The position numbers were made by a program, and so were the translations under genes. The notes beneath the pieces were generated by a model. It saw only the letters and a list, made by a program, of their open reading frames with translations, was not told the DNA's origin and did not search any database. This document shows, piece by piece, positions 1-11,133 of a stretch of 64,000 nt of DNA (position 1 is its first letter; each line of letters begins with the position of its first letter). Origin of the DNA: Flavobacteriales bacterium (GTDB taxonomy: Bacteria > Bacteroidota > Bacteroidia > Flavobacteriales_F > PHOS-HE28); NCBI GenBank assembly GCA_046329115.1, contig JAXLVG010000001.1:61287-125286 (forward strand), read 5' to 3'.

Positions 1-396
<396 letters not shown>

Positions 397-471
397 ACTG
401 GTCTTCTGTGGAACGATCATCGGCTGTTCTGGTCCGGTCTAACAATAAGTTGAAATCGCATCTACGATTTC

Positions 472-583
<112 letters not shown>

Positions 584-585
584 GA

Positions 586-616
586 ACCCCGCCCACAAGG
601 CGGGGTTCTTTTTTTG
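586..616 (+). terminator. rho-independent terminator of the rRNA operon
   Basis: GC stem CCCCGCC/GGCGGGG with loop CACAAG, followed by TTCTTTTTTT. Confidence 0.75.
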
Positions 617-628
617 TGCCCTCCCGGC

Positions 629-1996
629 ATGTTCGTTGCTTCCTTCGCACCCATGACCGCCGTCTTCCGCTTCATCTCCGCCGCCCTGGCCATCCCTTCG
701 GTCGCCTGCGCCGTTGGTCAGGTGGTCCAGGGCGGGCTCTCCTGGCCCGGGGCCGCTGGCAGCAAGCTCGTGCTCAAGTCCACCCGCGGTACACAGCATG
801 TGGCCATCGATTCCACGGTCGCGGATGACCGCGGATCGTTCAGGTTCGGCCAGCGCACCCATGCACGTGGCTTTTACCAGCTGGCCATCAACGACTCTGA
901 CGCGGTGGACATCATCCTGGACCCCGCTGAGCGCGAGGTCGAGTTGAGCTTCACCGGTCAGCCGCTCCAATACAACATCCGCGTTGTTCGGTCCGAGGAG
1001 AACAAACGCCTGTGGGAGTACAAACTGGTCTCCAAGGAGGCGCAAGCCATCCAGGCCAGCGTCTTCGCCCGGAAACGGGAGCTCCGGCCGGAGGAGACCG
1101 CCAAGATCCTCGCGCTGGATTCCATCGCTGCCCGGGCCTTCCGGCTGAAGGAGGAGCACTTGGCCGCAGTGATCGCGCAGGCTCCGGGATCCTTCTTCGC
1201 CAAGGTGGTCCAGGCCGATCGCGGTGTTGAGGCCGCGGCACAGGGGAACCCGCAGGCCGTGCTGGACGTGTTCGACTTCAGCGACCCGGAGCTCATGCGC
1301 AGTTCGGTCTACGACAAGGCGGTGCTGACCTTCCTCCGCAACATCCACGCGAGCTCGGAGGACCAGTTCATCGCGGCTTCCGATTCACTCCTGCACTACG
1401 CATCCAGCGACCCCGATTGCCGTGCTTACATGCTCGACCATTTGATCGAGCTCTTCTCCACCTACGGCCCGGACCTTGCCCTGCAGCATCTCATTGATAC
1501 CCAGGTGCGTTCCGAGGATGGCCTGCGGAACGTGGATCCCCGGCTGCACGCCAAGGTGCGCGAGATCCTGCGGATGGGCGTAGGGCGCACCGCTCCGGAC
1601 ATTCAGTTGCCGACTCCCAAGGGAGGTGTGCGCCTGAGCGAGCAGGTGGCGGGCCACCGGGCGACCGCTCTGTTCTTCTACAGCAGTACGTGCGATCACT
1701 GCCATCAGGAAATGGGCCCGCTGAAGGAGGTACGTGCCGCATTCGCGGACCGGGGCTTCGAAGTGATCGGTATCGCGCTCGATGCGGACAGCGCGGAGTT
1801 CAAGGCCTGCATCAGCGAGCGCGGACTGCCCTGGCCCTGCTACAGTGAGTTCAAGGGCTGGGGGGCGGAGGCGGTGAAGAGCTTTCAAGTGCGCGCCACG
1901 CCGTGGTTCTACTTGCTGGATGACCGGTTGCGGATCCTCGCCAAGCCCCATGATGCCCTGGCCTTGGGGGCATGGCTGCAGGAACACCTCCGCTGA
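629..1996 (+). CDS. secreted TlpA/AhpC-TSA-like thiol:disulfide oxidoreductase with a long N-terminal domain
   Basis: ATG at 629 gives the signal peptide MFVASFAPMTAVFRFISAALAIPSVACA. The C-terminal thioredoxin fold carries a CxxC motif (FFYSSTCDHCHQEMGPL). In frame with ORF 539..1996. Confidence 0.65.
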   Translation: MFVASFAPMTAVFRFISAALAIPSVACAVGQVVQGGLSWPGAAGSKLVLKSTRGTQHVAIDSTVADDRGSFRFGQRTHARGFYQLAINDSDAVDIILDPAEREVELSFTGQPLQYNIRVVRSEENKRLWEYKLVSKEAQAIQASVFARKRELRPEETAKILALDSIAARAFRLKEEHLAAVIAQAPGSFFAKVVQADRGVEAAAQGNPQAVLDVFDFSDPELMRSSVYDKAVLTFLRNIHASSEDQFIAASDSLLHYASSDPDCRAYMLDHLIELFSTYGPDLALQHLIDTQVRSEDGLRNVDPRLHAKVREILRMGVGRTAPDIQLPTPKGGVRLSEQVAGHRATALFFYSSTCDHCHQEMGPLKEVRAAFADRGFEVIGIALDADSAEFKACISERGLPWPCYSEFKGWGAEAVKSFQVRATPWFYLLDDRLRILAKPHDALALGAWLQEHLR

Positions 1997-2005
1997 ACAG
2001 AGACC

Positions 2006-2842
2006 TTACAGGCGCAGCACCCATTGCTGCAAGCCTGGGACCGCGGGCAGCCGCTCCGGGCGTTCCCGGTGAAGGCCGAACACGGTGGATCCGGAGCCGC
2101 TCATGGCGCAATAGACCGCCCCATTCCCGATGATGGCCCGCTTCAGTTGCGCCACCGCCGGATACGCCTCCAGTACGTAGGCCTCCAGGTCGTTCACGAG
2201 CAGCTCCTGCCAGCGCTCCACGGGTGTTCCGGTGATGATCGACGCCAGCGAACGGTCCGGAACGCGCGCAGCGGTATGGCCGTAGACCTCCGCAGTGGAT
2301 ACGTGGATGCCCGGGTTGGCCAGGTGCATCCACCAGCCGTGCAGGTCCACCGGGATGGGCTGTAACACTTCGCCGCGCCCGCTCGCCAACTGGATGCCGC
2401 CATCCAGGAAGAAGGCGCAGTCGCTCCCGAGCCGGGCGGCCATGGCATGCAGTTCCGCTGGTGAAAGCCGCAGCCCGCAGAGCTCGGCCACCATGCGCAG
2501 GGCGCATGCACCATCGCTGCTGCCACCGCCCAGCCCCGCACCGATCGGGATGGCCTTGTGCAGGTGGGCGCGCAACCCCGGCAGGGGCGTGCGTTCGCCG
2601 ATGAGCGCTGCGGCGCGCACGACCAGGTCGGTCCGCGGGTCTCCGGGAACGGGCAGCCCCGTCCGTTCAAACCGGATCTCGCCTGCCGGGACCTCGGGGT
2701 CCTTGACGATCTCCAGCGCCTCCTGCAAGGGCACGGCCATCATGACCGTTTCAATGTCGCGGTACCCATCCGGGCGCAACCGCAGCACATGCAGCCCGAG
2801 GTTCACCTTGGCGGTGGGGAAACGCAGCATGGCGGCGAACAT
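2006..2842 (-). CDS. ispE: 4-diphosphocytidyl-2-C-methyl-D-erythritol kinase
   Basis: GHMP-kinase motifs ([35 protein letters not shown]). Start taken at [10 protein letters not shown]; the upstream in-frame extension of ORF 2006..3073 was rejected. Confidence 0.85.
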   Translation of the reverse strand: MFAAMLRFPTAKVNLGLHVLRLRPDGYRDIETVMMAVPLQEALEIVKDPEVPAGEIRFERTGLPVPGDPRTDLVVRAAALIGERTPLPGLRAHLHKAIPIGAGLGGGSSDGACALRMVAELCGLRLSPAELHAMAARLGSDCAFFLDGGIQLASGRGEVLQPIPVDLHGWWMHLANPGIHVSTAEVYGHTAARVPDRSLASIITGTPVERWQELLVNDLEAYVLEAYPAVAQLKRAIIGNGAVYCAMSGSGSTVFGLHRERPERLPAVPGLQQWVLRL

Positions 2843-2924
2843 AGTGCCCGCCGGGGCGATCGGTCCGAACGGACATCTACCTTCGCCCTTCCGGCAAGTA
2901 CGAGCCCTTGCCCCAGCGATCACC

Positions 2925-3887
2925 ATGCAGACATTCCTGGAGTTCGAGAAGCCGATCCAGAACCTCATCGAGCAGATCGAGAAACTGAAGGAGGTGGCCG
3001 CGCAGAGCCAGGTGGATGTGGCGCCCACGTTGAAGGACCTGGAGCGCAAGCTCGACGAGGCGCGCAAGAGCATCTACGCGAACCTGAGCCCGTGGGAACG
3101 CGTGCAGGTCAGCCGCCACCCGGACCGCCCCTACACACTGAAGTACATCGAGCGGATCACCGACGGCACCTTCATCGAACTGCATGGCGACCGCACCGTG
3201 CGCGACGACAAGGCCATGGTCGGCGGTTTCGGACTGGTCGATGGCCGCACGGTGATGTTCATCGGCCAGCAGAAGGGCATCAACACCAAGATGCGCCAGT
3301 ACCGCAACTTCGGGATGCCCAATCCGGAGGGCTACCGCAAGGCACTGCGGCTGATGAAGCTGGCCGAGAAGTTCAACAAGCCGATCGTCACGCTTATCGA
3401 CACACCGGGCGCCTTTCCCGGGCTGGAGGCCGAGGAGCGTGGACAGGGGGAGGCCATCGCCCGCAACATCTATGAGATGTGCCGCCTGCGCGTCCCGGTG
3501 ATCTGCATCATCATCGGCGAAGGCGCATCCGGTGGCGCACTGGGCATCGGCGTAGGGGACAAGGTGCTGATGCTGGAGAACACGTGGTACTCCGTGATCA
3601 GCCCGGAATCCTGCTCCTCCATCCTGTGGCGCAGCTGGGACTTCAAGGAGCAGGCGGCCAAGGCCTTGAAGCTCACCGCCGAGGACATGCTCAAGAACAA
3701 GCTCATCGACGGCATCATCCCGGAACCCGTGGGCGGAGCCCATGCCGATGTGGACAAGGCCACGGCCCTTGTGAAGGCCGAGGTGGTGAAGCACCTGAAC
3801 AAGCTGGTGAAGACAGACCCCGATAAGCTGGTGGAACGCAGGATCAAGAAGTTCTGCGAGATGGGCGTGGTGGAGAAGCTTCGCTGA
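2925..3887 (+). CDS. accA: acetyl-CoA carboxylase carboxyltransferase subunit alpha
   Basis: [11 protein letters not shown]...[24 protein letters not shown]...[16 protein letters not shown] is a canonical AccA sequence. The ATG at 2925 lies inside the longer ORF 2295..3887. Confidence 0.9.
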   Translation: MQTFLEFEKPIQNLIEQIEKLKEVAAQSQVDVAPTLKDLERKLDEARKSIYANLSPWERVQVSRHPDRPYTLKYIERITDGTFIELHGDRTVRDDKAMVGGFGLVDGRTVMFIGQQKGINTKMRQYRNFGMPNPEGYRKALRLMKLAEKFNKPIVTLIDTPGAFPGLEAEERGQGEAIARNIYEMCRLRVPVICIIIGEGASGGALGIGVGDKVLMLENTWYSVISPESCSSILWRSWDFKEQAAKALKLTAEDMLKNKLIDGIIPEPVGGAHADVDKATALVKAEVVKHLNKLVKTDPDKLVERRIKKFCEMGVVEKLR

Positions 3888-3890
3888 GCC

Positions 3891-5192
3891 TCAACGGTTC
3901 AGCACCGGGAGCACCCAGGCACCTTCGGCCCCCAGGGCCCATGAAGCCGCCACCGCCCCGTTGCCCGGGTCGAACGCGAAGGCCTCCTGGCCGCGTACCG
4001 CGAACATCACACCACTGACGGGGTCAAGGCCCAGGTCGCGGACCGGTGCGCCCGCGCCGATGTTCAGTGAGCCGGCGTTCGCATAGGTGAAGCGTTCAAT
4101 GCGCCCGTCCTCCAAGGCGACGATCCACGTGTTGGCGTCCACCCGCTCTGCTGTCGAGATCGGGGACGACCAGGTGCGCGGCTCCCAGCCACCCCCCCCG
4201 GCGATCGAACGTTCCTGCACGATCCCCTGGCCGTTCCGGTTGCCGAAGAGCAGTGCTTGGGTGTTCGTCCGGCCATCGATGCGCACCACCTCCAGGTCCA
4301 GGGCGTGGTCCGTGATGTAGGCGCCACCGGGCGATGCGCATACCCGCAGGAGATGCTGGCCGCCGGCCGTGGCGTTCTGCGCGATCAGCAGGCGGTCGCC
4401 CACCACCGCGCAGCGTCCGCTCCGGTAGCCGTTGGCCAGCGTGGCGATGGCGGCCACCGCGCAGTTGGCCGGGGTGTACGCGCGCAGCAGCCCGTCCGTG
4501 GTGCCCACATGGAGCAGCCCATCGGCGCATACATCAAGCGATGTGAACCAGGGGATGCCCGCGTTGGAGCCGTTCGGCCGCGCCCAACGCGTGGCACCGC
4601 CATCGGCGGCATAGGCGGTGAGCGGTCCTGTGTAGGGTCCGATGGTGAAGAACGCGCCCGCGGCATTGCTGACGTCGGCACCGTTCAGGTCGGCCAGCAC
4701 GGTGCTCACGGCATGCAGTTCGCCAAGGCTGTCGATGCGCTGGATGCCCATCTGGTCCGGAGCGGGCCGTGTGAGCACGATCACGTGGCGCAACCGTAGC
4801 GGGGCTGCGGTGATCTGCACATCAGCCTCGGCCCTTGCGCTGGCCTCGCCGGAGCGGGCCTCGGCCACCAGCCGATAGGTACCGGAGGCCAAGGCCTCGC
4901 TGGTGACCGGCAGGGGCACCTCGATGTGGGCCGGGTTCCCGGTGGGCGCAAGGCTGAGCACCGGCACCACCGGCACACCTTGTGCGTTCAACAGGCTGAT
5001 GAGCACGCGGTCCAGCGGACCTTCGCTGTAGGCATCCAGTTCCACCTCCAGCGTGTCCGGCACGGTGAACGCGAAGCCATCGGAAGGGCGAACGAGGGTG
5101 ATCGTGGGCGGTACATCCTCCTCCTCTTTGCGGCACGCAGTGAAAAGCACCGCAAGAAGTGCGAGCGCCGCAACGGATCGTTGATAACCCAT
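3891..5192 (-). CDS. hypothetical lipoprotein (Gly/Ala-rich, possibly beta-propeller)
   Basis: Signal peptide plus lipobox (MGYQRSVAALALLAVLFTAC). 433 aa with no recognisable catalytic motifs. Confidence 0.55.
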   Translation of the reverse strand: MGYQRSVAALALLAVLFTACRKEEEDVPPTITLVRPSDGFAFTVPDTLEVELDAYSEGPLDRVLISLLNAQGVPVVPVLSLAPTGNPAHIEVPLPVTSEALASGTYRLVAEARSGEASARAEADVQITAAPLRLRHVIVLTRPAPDQMGIQRIDSLGELHAVSTVLADLNGADVSNAAGAFFTIGPYTGPLTAYAADGGATRWARPNGSNAGIPWFTSLDVCADGLLHVGTTDGLLRAYTPANCAVAAIATLANGYRSGRCAVVGDRLLIAQNATAGGQHLLRVCASPGGAYITDHALDLEVVRIDGRTNTQALLFGNRNGQGIVQERSIAGGGGWEPRTWSSPISTAERVDANTWIVALEDGRIERFTYANAGSLNIGAGAPVRDLGLDPVSGVMFAVRGQEAFAFDPGNGAVAASWALGAEGAWVLPVLNR

Positions 5193-5312
5193 CGCCGCAA
5201 GTTAACGCCGGGCGCGGGCGCAGGCATGGATCAACGATCGATCGTGTGCCGGGTGTTGATCCAATGTGATGAGCGCGGGAGGATCGGCCGGTCCCGCCGG
5301 TGGTGGCCGGGC

Positions 5313-5320
5313 TACATTTG
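5313..5320 (+). promoter_or_regulatory. putative Bacteroidota sigma-A -7 element (TAnnTTTG) upstream of dnaB
   Basis: TACATTTG lies 41 nt upstream of the dnaB ATG and matches the Bacteroidetes -7 consensus TAnnTTTG. No clear -33 TTG partner was identified. Confidence 0.3.
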
Positions 5321-5360
5321 GCTCCCCGCGCCCCGGTCCATCCGGTGGTTCAACATATCC

Positions 5361-6890
5361 ATGGCCGATCCCGCTTCCACCCGCCTAGGCGACCGCACCC
5401 GTGCTGGTGCCGGACGCCGGGCCCCAGTGTCCCTCATCGATCAATCACTGGAAGCCGGCAAGTTGCCACCGCAGGCGCCGGAGCTGGAGCAGGCCGTGCT
5501 GGGCGCCATGATGCTGGAGCGCAACGCGGTGAACGAGGCCATCGATATCCTGCAGCCAGACAGCTTCTATGTGGAAGCCCACAAGCGCATCTTCGACGCC
5601 ATCCAGGGCCTCTTCCGCACGGACCAGCCGATCGACCTGCTCACGGTGACGCAGGAGCTCAAGCGGCGCGGCGAACTGGACATCGTGGGCGGGCCGTTCT
5701 ACATCAGCCAGCTCACCAACAAGGTGGCCAGCAGCGCGAACGTGCAGTACCACGCGCGCATCATCAGCCAGAAGCACATCCTGCGCGAGATGATCCGCAT
5801 CAGCGCCGGTACCATGCGGGATGCCTACGATGAGACCACGGACGTGTTCGACCTGCTCGACCGCACGGAGCAGGACATGTACGCGATCACCAGCGGCAAC
5901 CTGAAGCGGAACTACGAGCCGATGAGCGACCTGATCCAGGACGCCATCAGCCAGATCGAGAACGCCAAGAACAAGGGCGATGGCGTCAGCGGTGTGCCCA
6001 CGGGCTTCGTGAAGCTCGACAAGCTCACCGGTGGCTGGCAGCGCAGCGACATGATCATCGTGGCCGCCCGACCCGGCATGGGCAAAACGGCCTTCGTGCT
6101 CAGCATGGCGCGCAACATCGCCGTGGAGCACAAGAAGGCCGTGGCCGTGTTCAGCCTGGAGATGAGCAGCACCCAGCTCGTCACCCGTCTCATCGCGAGC
6201 GAGGCGGCCATCGGTTCGGAGAAGCTGCGCAAGGGGGACCTCAACGAGCAGGAGTTCGCCCTGCTGCACCAGCACATCGCACGGCTCACCAACGCCCCCA
6301 TCTTCATCGACGACACGCCCGCACTGAACATCTTCGAGCTGCGCGCCAAGTGCCGCCGCCTGAAGAGCCAGCACAACGTGGAGGTGATCATCATCGATTA
6401 CCTGCAGCTGATGACGGCGGGCGGCGACACCAAGGGCGGCAACCGCGAGCAGGAGATCAGCACCATCAGCCGCTCGATCAAGAGCATCGCCAAGGAACTG
6501 GACGTGCCCATCATCGCCCTCAGCCAGCTGAGCCGCGCGGTGGAGACCCGGGGCGGCGACAAGCGGCCCATGCTGAGCGACCTGCGCGAATCGGGCGCCA
6601 TCGAGCAGGATGCGGACCTGGTGTGCTTCCTCTATCGACCGGAGTACTACAAGATCTACGAGGACCACTACGGCAGCACGCTCGGCGTGGGTGAGTGCAT
6701 CGTGGCCAAGCACCGTAACGGCGCGCTGGACACTGTGCTGCTGCGCTTCATTCCCGAGCTGGCCAAGTTCGCCGACCTGGAGACGAGCCCCATTACCTTT
6801 GATGGCGGCACGGGATCCGCAGGGCCTTCAACGATCACGCGGCCCAGCCGGATGAACGATGACACCAGCGACGACATCGCGCCGTTCTGA
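5361..6890 (+). CDS. dnaB: replicative DNA helicase DnaB
   Basis: Walker A (ARPGMGKTAF), DnaB motifs (SLEMS, IIDYLQLM, SQLSRAVE, ESGAIEQDAD) and the N-terminal DnaB domain (ELEQAVLGAMML). Start MADPASTRL at 5361; the ORF 4926.. extension was rejected. No intein. Confidence 0.9.
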   Translation: MADPASTRLGDRTRAGAGRRAPVSLIDQSLEAGKLPPQAPELEQAVLGAMMLERNAVNEAIDILQPDSFYVEAHKRIFDAIQGLFRTDQPIDLLTVTQELKRRGELDIVGGPFYISQLTNKVASSANVQYHARIISQKHILREMIRISAGTMRDAYDETTDVFDLLDRTEQDMYAITSGNLKRNYEPMSDLIQDAISQIENAKNKGDGVSGVPTGFVKLDKLTGGWQRSDMIIVAARPGMGKTAFVLSMARNIAVEHKKAVAVFSLEMSSTQLVTRLIASEAAIGSEKLRKGDLNEQEFALLHQHIARLTNAPIFIDDTPALNIFELRAKCRRLKSQHNVEVIIIDYLQLMTAGGDTKGGNREQEISTISRSIKSIAKELDVPIIALSQLSRAVETRGGDKRPMLSDLRESGAIEQDADLVCFLYRPEYYKIYEDHYGSTLGVGECIVAKHRNGALDTVLLRFIPELAKFADLETSPITFDGGTGSAGPSTITRPSRMNDDTSDDIAPF

Positions 6891-6918
6891 CCGTTGCACG
6901 GGGCCGCGCTTTCGTGCG

Positions 6919-8163
6919 ATGCTCCTGGCCATGCTGCTGGTCTGTTCAGCACAGGCCACCAAGCTGCTGCTGCCCATGGACGGCAGCCAGAAGGACCACC
7001 TGAAGGCTTACGGGATCGCGTTCTGGACCATCTCGCAGGAGCTTCCCGTGGAATGGCTGCTCAATTACCGCGGCGGCAGTTTCCTCATCGATCATTACCA
7101 GTCCATCGAGCAGGAGTGCGTCGTACGCGGGGTCACCTACAACGTGATCGCCGATGGCCAGGCCGCCGAGATCCTGCGGGAGATCGCCGATCCCGAGGCC
7201 AACATGGAGGTGGTGAAGCTGGAGAAGGCCCCCCGCATCGCCGTGTACGCGCCGGAGAGCTTTCAGCCCTGGGACGATGCCGTGGCCCTGGTGATGACCT
7301 ACGCGGAGATCCCCTACACCCGCATCTACGACCGCGAGATCATCGCCGGTGTGCTGCCGCAGTACGACTGGCTGCACCTGCACCACGAGGACTTCACCGG
7401 GCAGTACGGCAAGTTCTACGGCCAGTTCCGGAACGCGGCGTGGTACCAGGACCAGGTGCGCGAGAGCGAGGCCATGGCCGCGGAGCTCGGCTTCGCGAAG
7501 GTGAGCGCCATGAAAGGGGCCGTTGCCGGCACCATCCGCGATTATGTGGCCGGTGGCGGATACCTCTTCACCATGTGCAGCGGAACGGACAGCTATGACA
7601 TCGCCCTGGCGGCCGAAGGCGTGGACATCTGTACGCCCGAGTTCGACCACGATGCCATGGATCCCCAGGCACAGCAAAAGCTCGACTTCAGCCGGGGATT
7701 CGCCTTCCAGGACTATCATCTGGTGACGGACCCCATGACCTACGAGTTCAGCGACATCGATGGCACCCAGGAACACAGCCGTTCCGGTGGCGAAACGCGG
7801 GACTTCTTCACCCTGTTCGACTTCAGCGCGAAGTGGGATGTGGTGCCGAGCATGCTGTGCCAGAACCATGAGCAGGTGATCCACGCCTTCATGGGCCAGA
7901 CCACGGACTTCCGCCGGCGCTTCGTGAAGCCGAACGTGCTGGTGATGGGGGAGAGCAAGCCGCTCGGCACGGCGCGTTACATCCATGGCGAGTTCGGTCT
8001 TGGGCAATGGACCTTCTATGGAGGCCATGATCCGGAGGACTACCAGCACCTGGTCGGCGATCCGCCGACGGACTTGAGCCTGTTCCCCAACTCCCCGGGC
8101 TACCGGCTGATCCTGAACAACATCCTCTTCCCCGCAGCACGCAAGCGCAAGCAGAAGACATGA
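6919..8163 (+). CDS. hypothetical secreted protein (conserved-looking; possible DJ-1/ThuA/GATase1-like fold)
   Basis: Signal peptide MLLAMLLVCSAQA. A GGGYLFTMCSGTD segment suggests a nucleophile-elbow-like Cys. I cannot assign a family. Confidence 0.5.
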   Translation: MLLAMLLVCSAQATKLLLPMDGSQKDHLKAYGIAFWTISQELPVEWLLNYRGGSFLIDHYQSIEQECVVRGVTYNVIADGQAAEILREIADPEANMEVVKLEKAPRIAVYAPESFQPWDDAVALVMTYAEIPYTRIYDREIIAGVLPQYDWLHLHHEDFTGQYGKFYGQFRNAAWYQDQVRESEAMAAELGFAKVSAMKGAVAGTIRDYVAGGGYLFTMCSGTDSYDIALAAEGVDICTPEFDHDAMDPQAQQKLDFSRGFAFQDYHLVTDPMTYEFSDIDGTQEHSRSGGETRDFFTLFDFSAKWDVVPSMLCQNHEQVIHAFMGQTTDFRRRFVKPNVLVMGESKPLGTARYIHGEFGLGQWTFYGGHDPEDYQHLVGDPPTDLSLFPNSPGYRLILNNILFPAARKRKQKT

Positions 8164-8831
8164 GCTCCAGCCTGAGCAGTGATCAGCGCACGGCGCGCCT
8201 GTACGACCGGTATTACGAGGTTACCTATCAGGACCTTGGCAAACGCGACGGGGTCTGGCGGGCCATCACGGCCTACCTGCAGCGCCATGTTCCGGAGAAC
8301 GCATCCGTGCTGGACCTCGGCGCCGGCTACTGCAGTTTCATCAACCAGATCAAGGCGCGGGAGAAGCACGCGGTGGACCTGAGCCCGGACCTGCCCAAGC
8401 ATGCAGCCCCCGGGGTGCACACCCATGTGCGGATGGTGTCCGACCTGTCGCCGCTGCCCGCTGCAAGCATGGACGTGGTCTTTGCCAGCAACCTGCTCGA
8501 GCACCTGGATGACGATCCGCTCGCGGCCACCCTGAGCGAGGTGATGCGTGTGCTCAGGCCTGGAGGACGCTTCATCGTGATGCAGCCGAACTTCGCGCTG
8601 GCCTGGCGCAACTACTTCGACGATTTCACCCATCGGCGCATCTTCACCCACATCTCGCTCCGCGACGTTCTGCGGGCCCAGGGCATGGATATCGTCACGG
8701 TGAAGAAGCGCTTCACCCCCTACAGCATGCGTTCATCCATCCCGGCGCACCCATGGTTGGTGGCGCTGTACCTGCGTTCCCCTTGGAAGCCGATGGCCGG
8801 CCAGATGCTGCTGGTGGCCGCGAAACCCTAG
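8160..8831 (+). CDS. class I SAM-dependent methyltransferase
   Basis: Motif I VLDLGAGYCSF and post-I/II motifs (LRPGGRFIV). Overlaps the upstream gene by 4 nt (ATGA). Confidence 0.75.
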   Translation: MSSSLSSDQRTARLYDRYYEVTYQDLGKRDGVWRAITAYLQRHVPENASVLDLGAGYCSFINQIKAREKHAVDLSPDLPKHAAPGVHTHVRMVSDLSPLPAASMDVVFASNLLEHLDDDPLAATLSEVMRVLRPGGRFIVMQPNFALAWRNYFDDFTHRRIFTHISLRDVLRAQGMDIVTVKKRFTPYSMRSSIPAHPWLVALYLRSPWKPMAGQMLLVAAKP

Positions 8832-8861
8832 GCTCCTGGCGCTCCGGCCCGGCACCTATAC

Positions 8862-10349
8862 TTGTCCGCATTCGTGTTCGTGATGTCCGCAGCGGAAGTA
8901 AGGTCATCGTTCAAGGCGATCGGGTTCCAGCTCCTGGTGGGCCTGGTGCTGCGCGGAGCGTTCTTCATCTGGAACGCGCACGAGATCTCCGGCGAGCGCT
9001 TGGAAGGGCGCTGGGCGGCGTGGGACCCCGATCAGTGGGAATACATCGGAACGGCGGAGTCCTACCTCGCCGGCGACGGCTGGCAACCGGACCACCGGAT
9101 GCCCGGTTACGGTGTGATCTTCCTGCTGTACCGGCTGCTGCTGTCGTACCGCGATGCCTGTGATGCGATCACGGTCTCCCACCTGCTCGTCTCCGTGTTC
9201 GCGTGCTGGGCCTTTTGCCGCGCCCTGGCCGCTGCCGTGGCCATGCCCCGCCTGTTCTGGCCTGCCTATGTGCTTTCCTTGCTTGCGGTGTACAGTGCAC
9301 TGAGCGACAATGTGCTGGTGAACGAGAGTTTCACCACGTCAGCGCTCATGCTGCACTGGGCGACCTATGTCCGGTACAGGTCCTCCGGTGCGCTGGTCTG
9401 GCTGGTGGTCTCGGGTTGCCTCATCGGTCTGGCGATCTTCCTGCGCCCTATCTATGGTCCCGTGCTCCTGCTCGTACCCCTGGCGGAACTGCTGCGCACC
9501 GAACGCTTCATCACCCGGAGGCTGGCACAGGTGGCCTTGTTCTGTGCGCCCTTCGTGCTGGCCGATGGGGTCTGGGCCTGGCGCAACCATCGGCACTATG
9601 GTGGGTTCCATCCGCTCACAAACCACGGCTCTTGGAACCCACGCTACAGTAAGTCCTGCCTTTTCGCCACCATAGAACTGCTCGGCACCTTCGGGGAGCA
9701 TCCCTATTGGTGGGAGCCCACTTCCGCTTCCCGCTGGTATGGATACGATGCCGAGGCGGGCGGAGGAACCGGCCGCTCGATCCCAGGCGTGCCGGAGCCG
9801 CCGACGTATGTGTATTCGAGCGTTTGCAACCGTGACAGCTTGGAGCATTTCGCCGTGGAGGTACGGAAGGCACGTGCCCTGCCGCCCGGTGCGGAACGGG
9901 ACTCCATTTCCCGGGGCTTGCTTGCCATGACCTATCGCTGGCGACCGGTCTATGCGCGCGAGCATCCCTTCCAATACCACGTGATGGCCAGGCTCCGTCT
10001 GCTGAAGCACCAGACCATCACATCCGGTTCGCAGGTGCTCTTCAAGCGGCCCGTGACGGAGCTGGGTCCCTTGGAGAAGGCCTACAAGCTGGTGCAGTCA
10101 GGCTTCTACTGGTGGGCATTGGTGGTGGGCGGGCTCGCGGGCCTGTACGCGCTCTTGCGGATGCGCCGCAACGTGCTCATGGCGCTGCTCGGCGCCATGG
10201 CCTGGTATTCCGTGGTGAGCTGCCCCTGGCTGATGCGCGCGGCGGAGATCCGGTACATGATCCCTGTGTTCCCCCTGCTCTTGGGGCTCGGGATCTGGGG
10301 CGGGGCCATGTTGGTGGAGCGCTTCCGGGGCCGGGCAACGGGCGCATGA
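8862..10349 (+). CDS. GT-C fold membrane glycosyltransferase, PMT_2/ArnT-like (GT39/GT83 family)
   Basis: Polytopic membrane protein (about 11 TM segments). The N-terminal loop has a PMT/ArnT-type acidic motif (DPDQWEYIGTAESYLAGDGW). Confidence 0.65.
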   Translation: MSAFVFVMSAAEVRSSFKAIGFQLLVGLVLRGAFFIWNAHEISGERLEGRWAAWDPDQWEYIGTAESYLAGDGWQPDHRMPGYGVIFLLYRLLLSYRDACDAITVSHLLVSVFACWAFCRALAAAVAMPRLFWPAYVLSLLAVYSALSDNVLVNESFTTSALMLHWATYVRYRSSGALVWLVVSGCLIGLAIFLRPIYGPVLLLVPLAELLRTERFITRRLAQVALFCAPFVLADGVWAWRNHRHYGGFHPLTNHGSWNPRYSKSCLFATIELLGTFGEHPYWWEPTSASRWYGYDAEAGGGTGRSIPGVPEPPTYVYSSVCNRDSLEHFAVEVRKARALPPGAERDSISRGLLAMTYRWRPVYAREHPFQYHVMARLRLLKHQTITSGSQVLFKRPVTELGPLEKAYKLVQSGFYWWALVVGGLAGLYALLRMRRNVLMALLGAMAWYSVVSCPWLMRAAEIRYMIPVFPLLLGLGIWGGAMLVERFRGRATGA

Positions 10350-10419
10350 GGTCGGCGTCTACCTTGCACCGCCCCGGGACCGGCGATCCACCGACCCGAC
10401 CCGGCCAGCAGCACCGATC

Positions 10420-11133
10420 ATGTATCGCGGACGCAGCGTTTCCGTCGTTCTCCCGGTCTACAACGAGGAGGAGAACATCCGTACGGCGATCGAGGAATTC
10501 CTGGCCCAGCCCTTTGTGGACGAGGTGGTCGCCGTCGACAACAATTCAAGCGACAACAGCGCTGCGGAGATCAAGGCGACGCGTGCGCGCTACGTGTTCG
10601 AGACCACCCAGGGCTACGGCGCAGCGCTGCAGCGTGGCATGAAGGAGGCCACCGGCGACCTGATCGTGACGGTGGAGCCCGATGGCACCTTCGTGGCCAA
10701 GGACATCGAGAAGCTGCTGCTGTACGGCGAGGACTTCGATGTGGTCTTCGGCACACGTACCTCGCGCGCGCTCATCTGGACCGGTGCGAACATGGGCTTC
10801 GGCATCCGCTTGGGCAATTGGGCCGTGGCCAAGTTCCTGGAGTACCTTTTCAACGGTCCCTCCCTTACGGACGTGGGCTGCACCTACAAGCTGTTGCACC
10901 GTGCCGCCTATGAACGGATCCAGGGTCACCTGACCGTGAACGGGTCTCATTTCTCGGTGGAGCTCATGATCCGCTCGCTTCAGATGCGGCTGCGCACGGT
11001 GGAGATCTCCGTGAATTACCGGCAGCGCGTGGGCACCTCGAAGATCACCGGTAAGATCTGGAAGGCAGCCCGCCTCGGGTTCCGAATGATCCGCTTCATC
11101 GCCCTGGAGCGGGTGAAGCGTCAGCCGCGCTGA
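10420..11133 (+). CDS. GT2 polyprenyl-phosphate sugar synthase (DPM1/ArnC-like)
   Basis: VSVVLPVYNEEENI, DNNSSDNS and VEPDG (DxD-like) are hallmarks of GT-A family 2 dolichyl/undecaprenyl-phosphate glycosyltransferases. Confidence 0.8.
   Translation: MYRGRSVSVVLPVYNEEENIRTAIEEFLAQPFVDEVVAVDNNSSDNSAAEIKATRARYVFETTQGYGAALQRGMKEATGDLIVTVEPDGTFVAKDIEKLLLYGEDFDVVFGTRTSRALIWTGANMGFGIRLGNWAVAKFLEYLFNGPSLTDVGCTYKLLHRAAYERIQGHLTVNGSHFSVELMIRSLQMRLRTVEISVNYRQRVGTSKITGKIWKAARLGFRMIRFIALERVKRQPR

Noticed and set aside
2295-2924. N-terminal 210-aa extension of the accA ORF (ORF 2295..3887) and the long ORFs 2558..3475 and 2877..3794
   Set aside because: The extension overlaps ispE on the opposite strand and is Ser/Arg/Pro-rich. 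AccA homology begins at [11 protein letters not shown] (2925).
4926-5360. Upstream extension of dnaB (ORF 4926..6890) and the ORF 5300..5833
   Set aside because: DnaB homology starts near MADPASTRL (5361). The upstream part overlaps the lipoprotein gene on the other strand and is Arg/His-rich.
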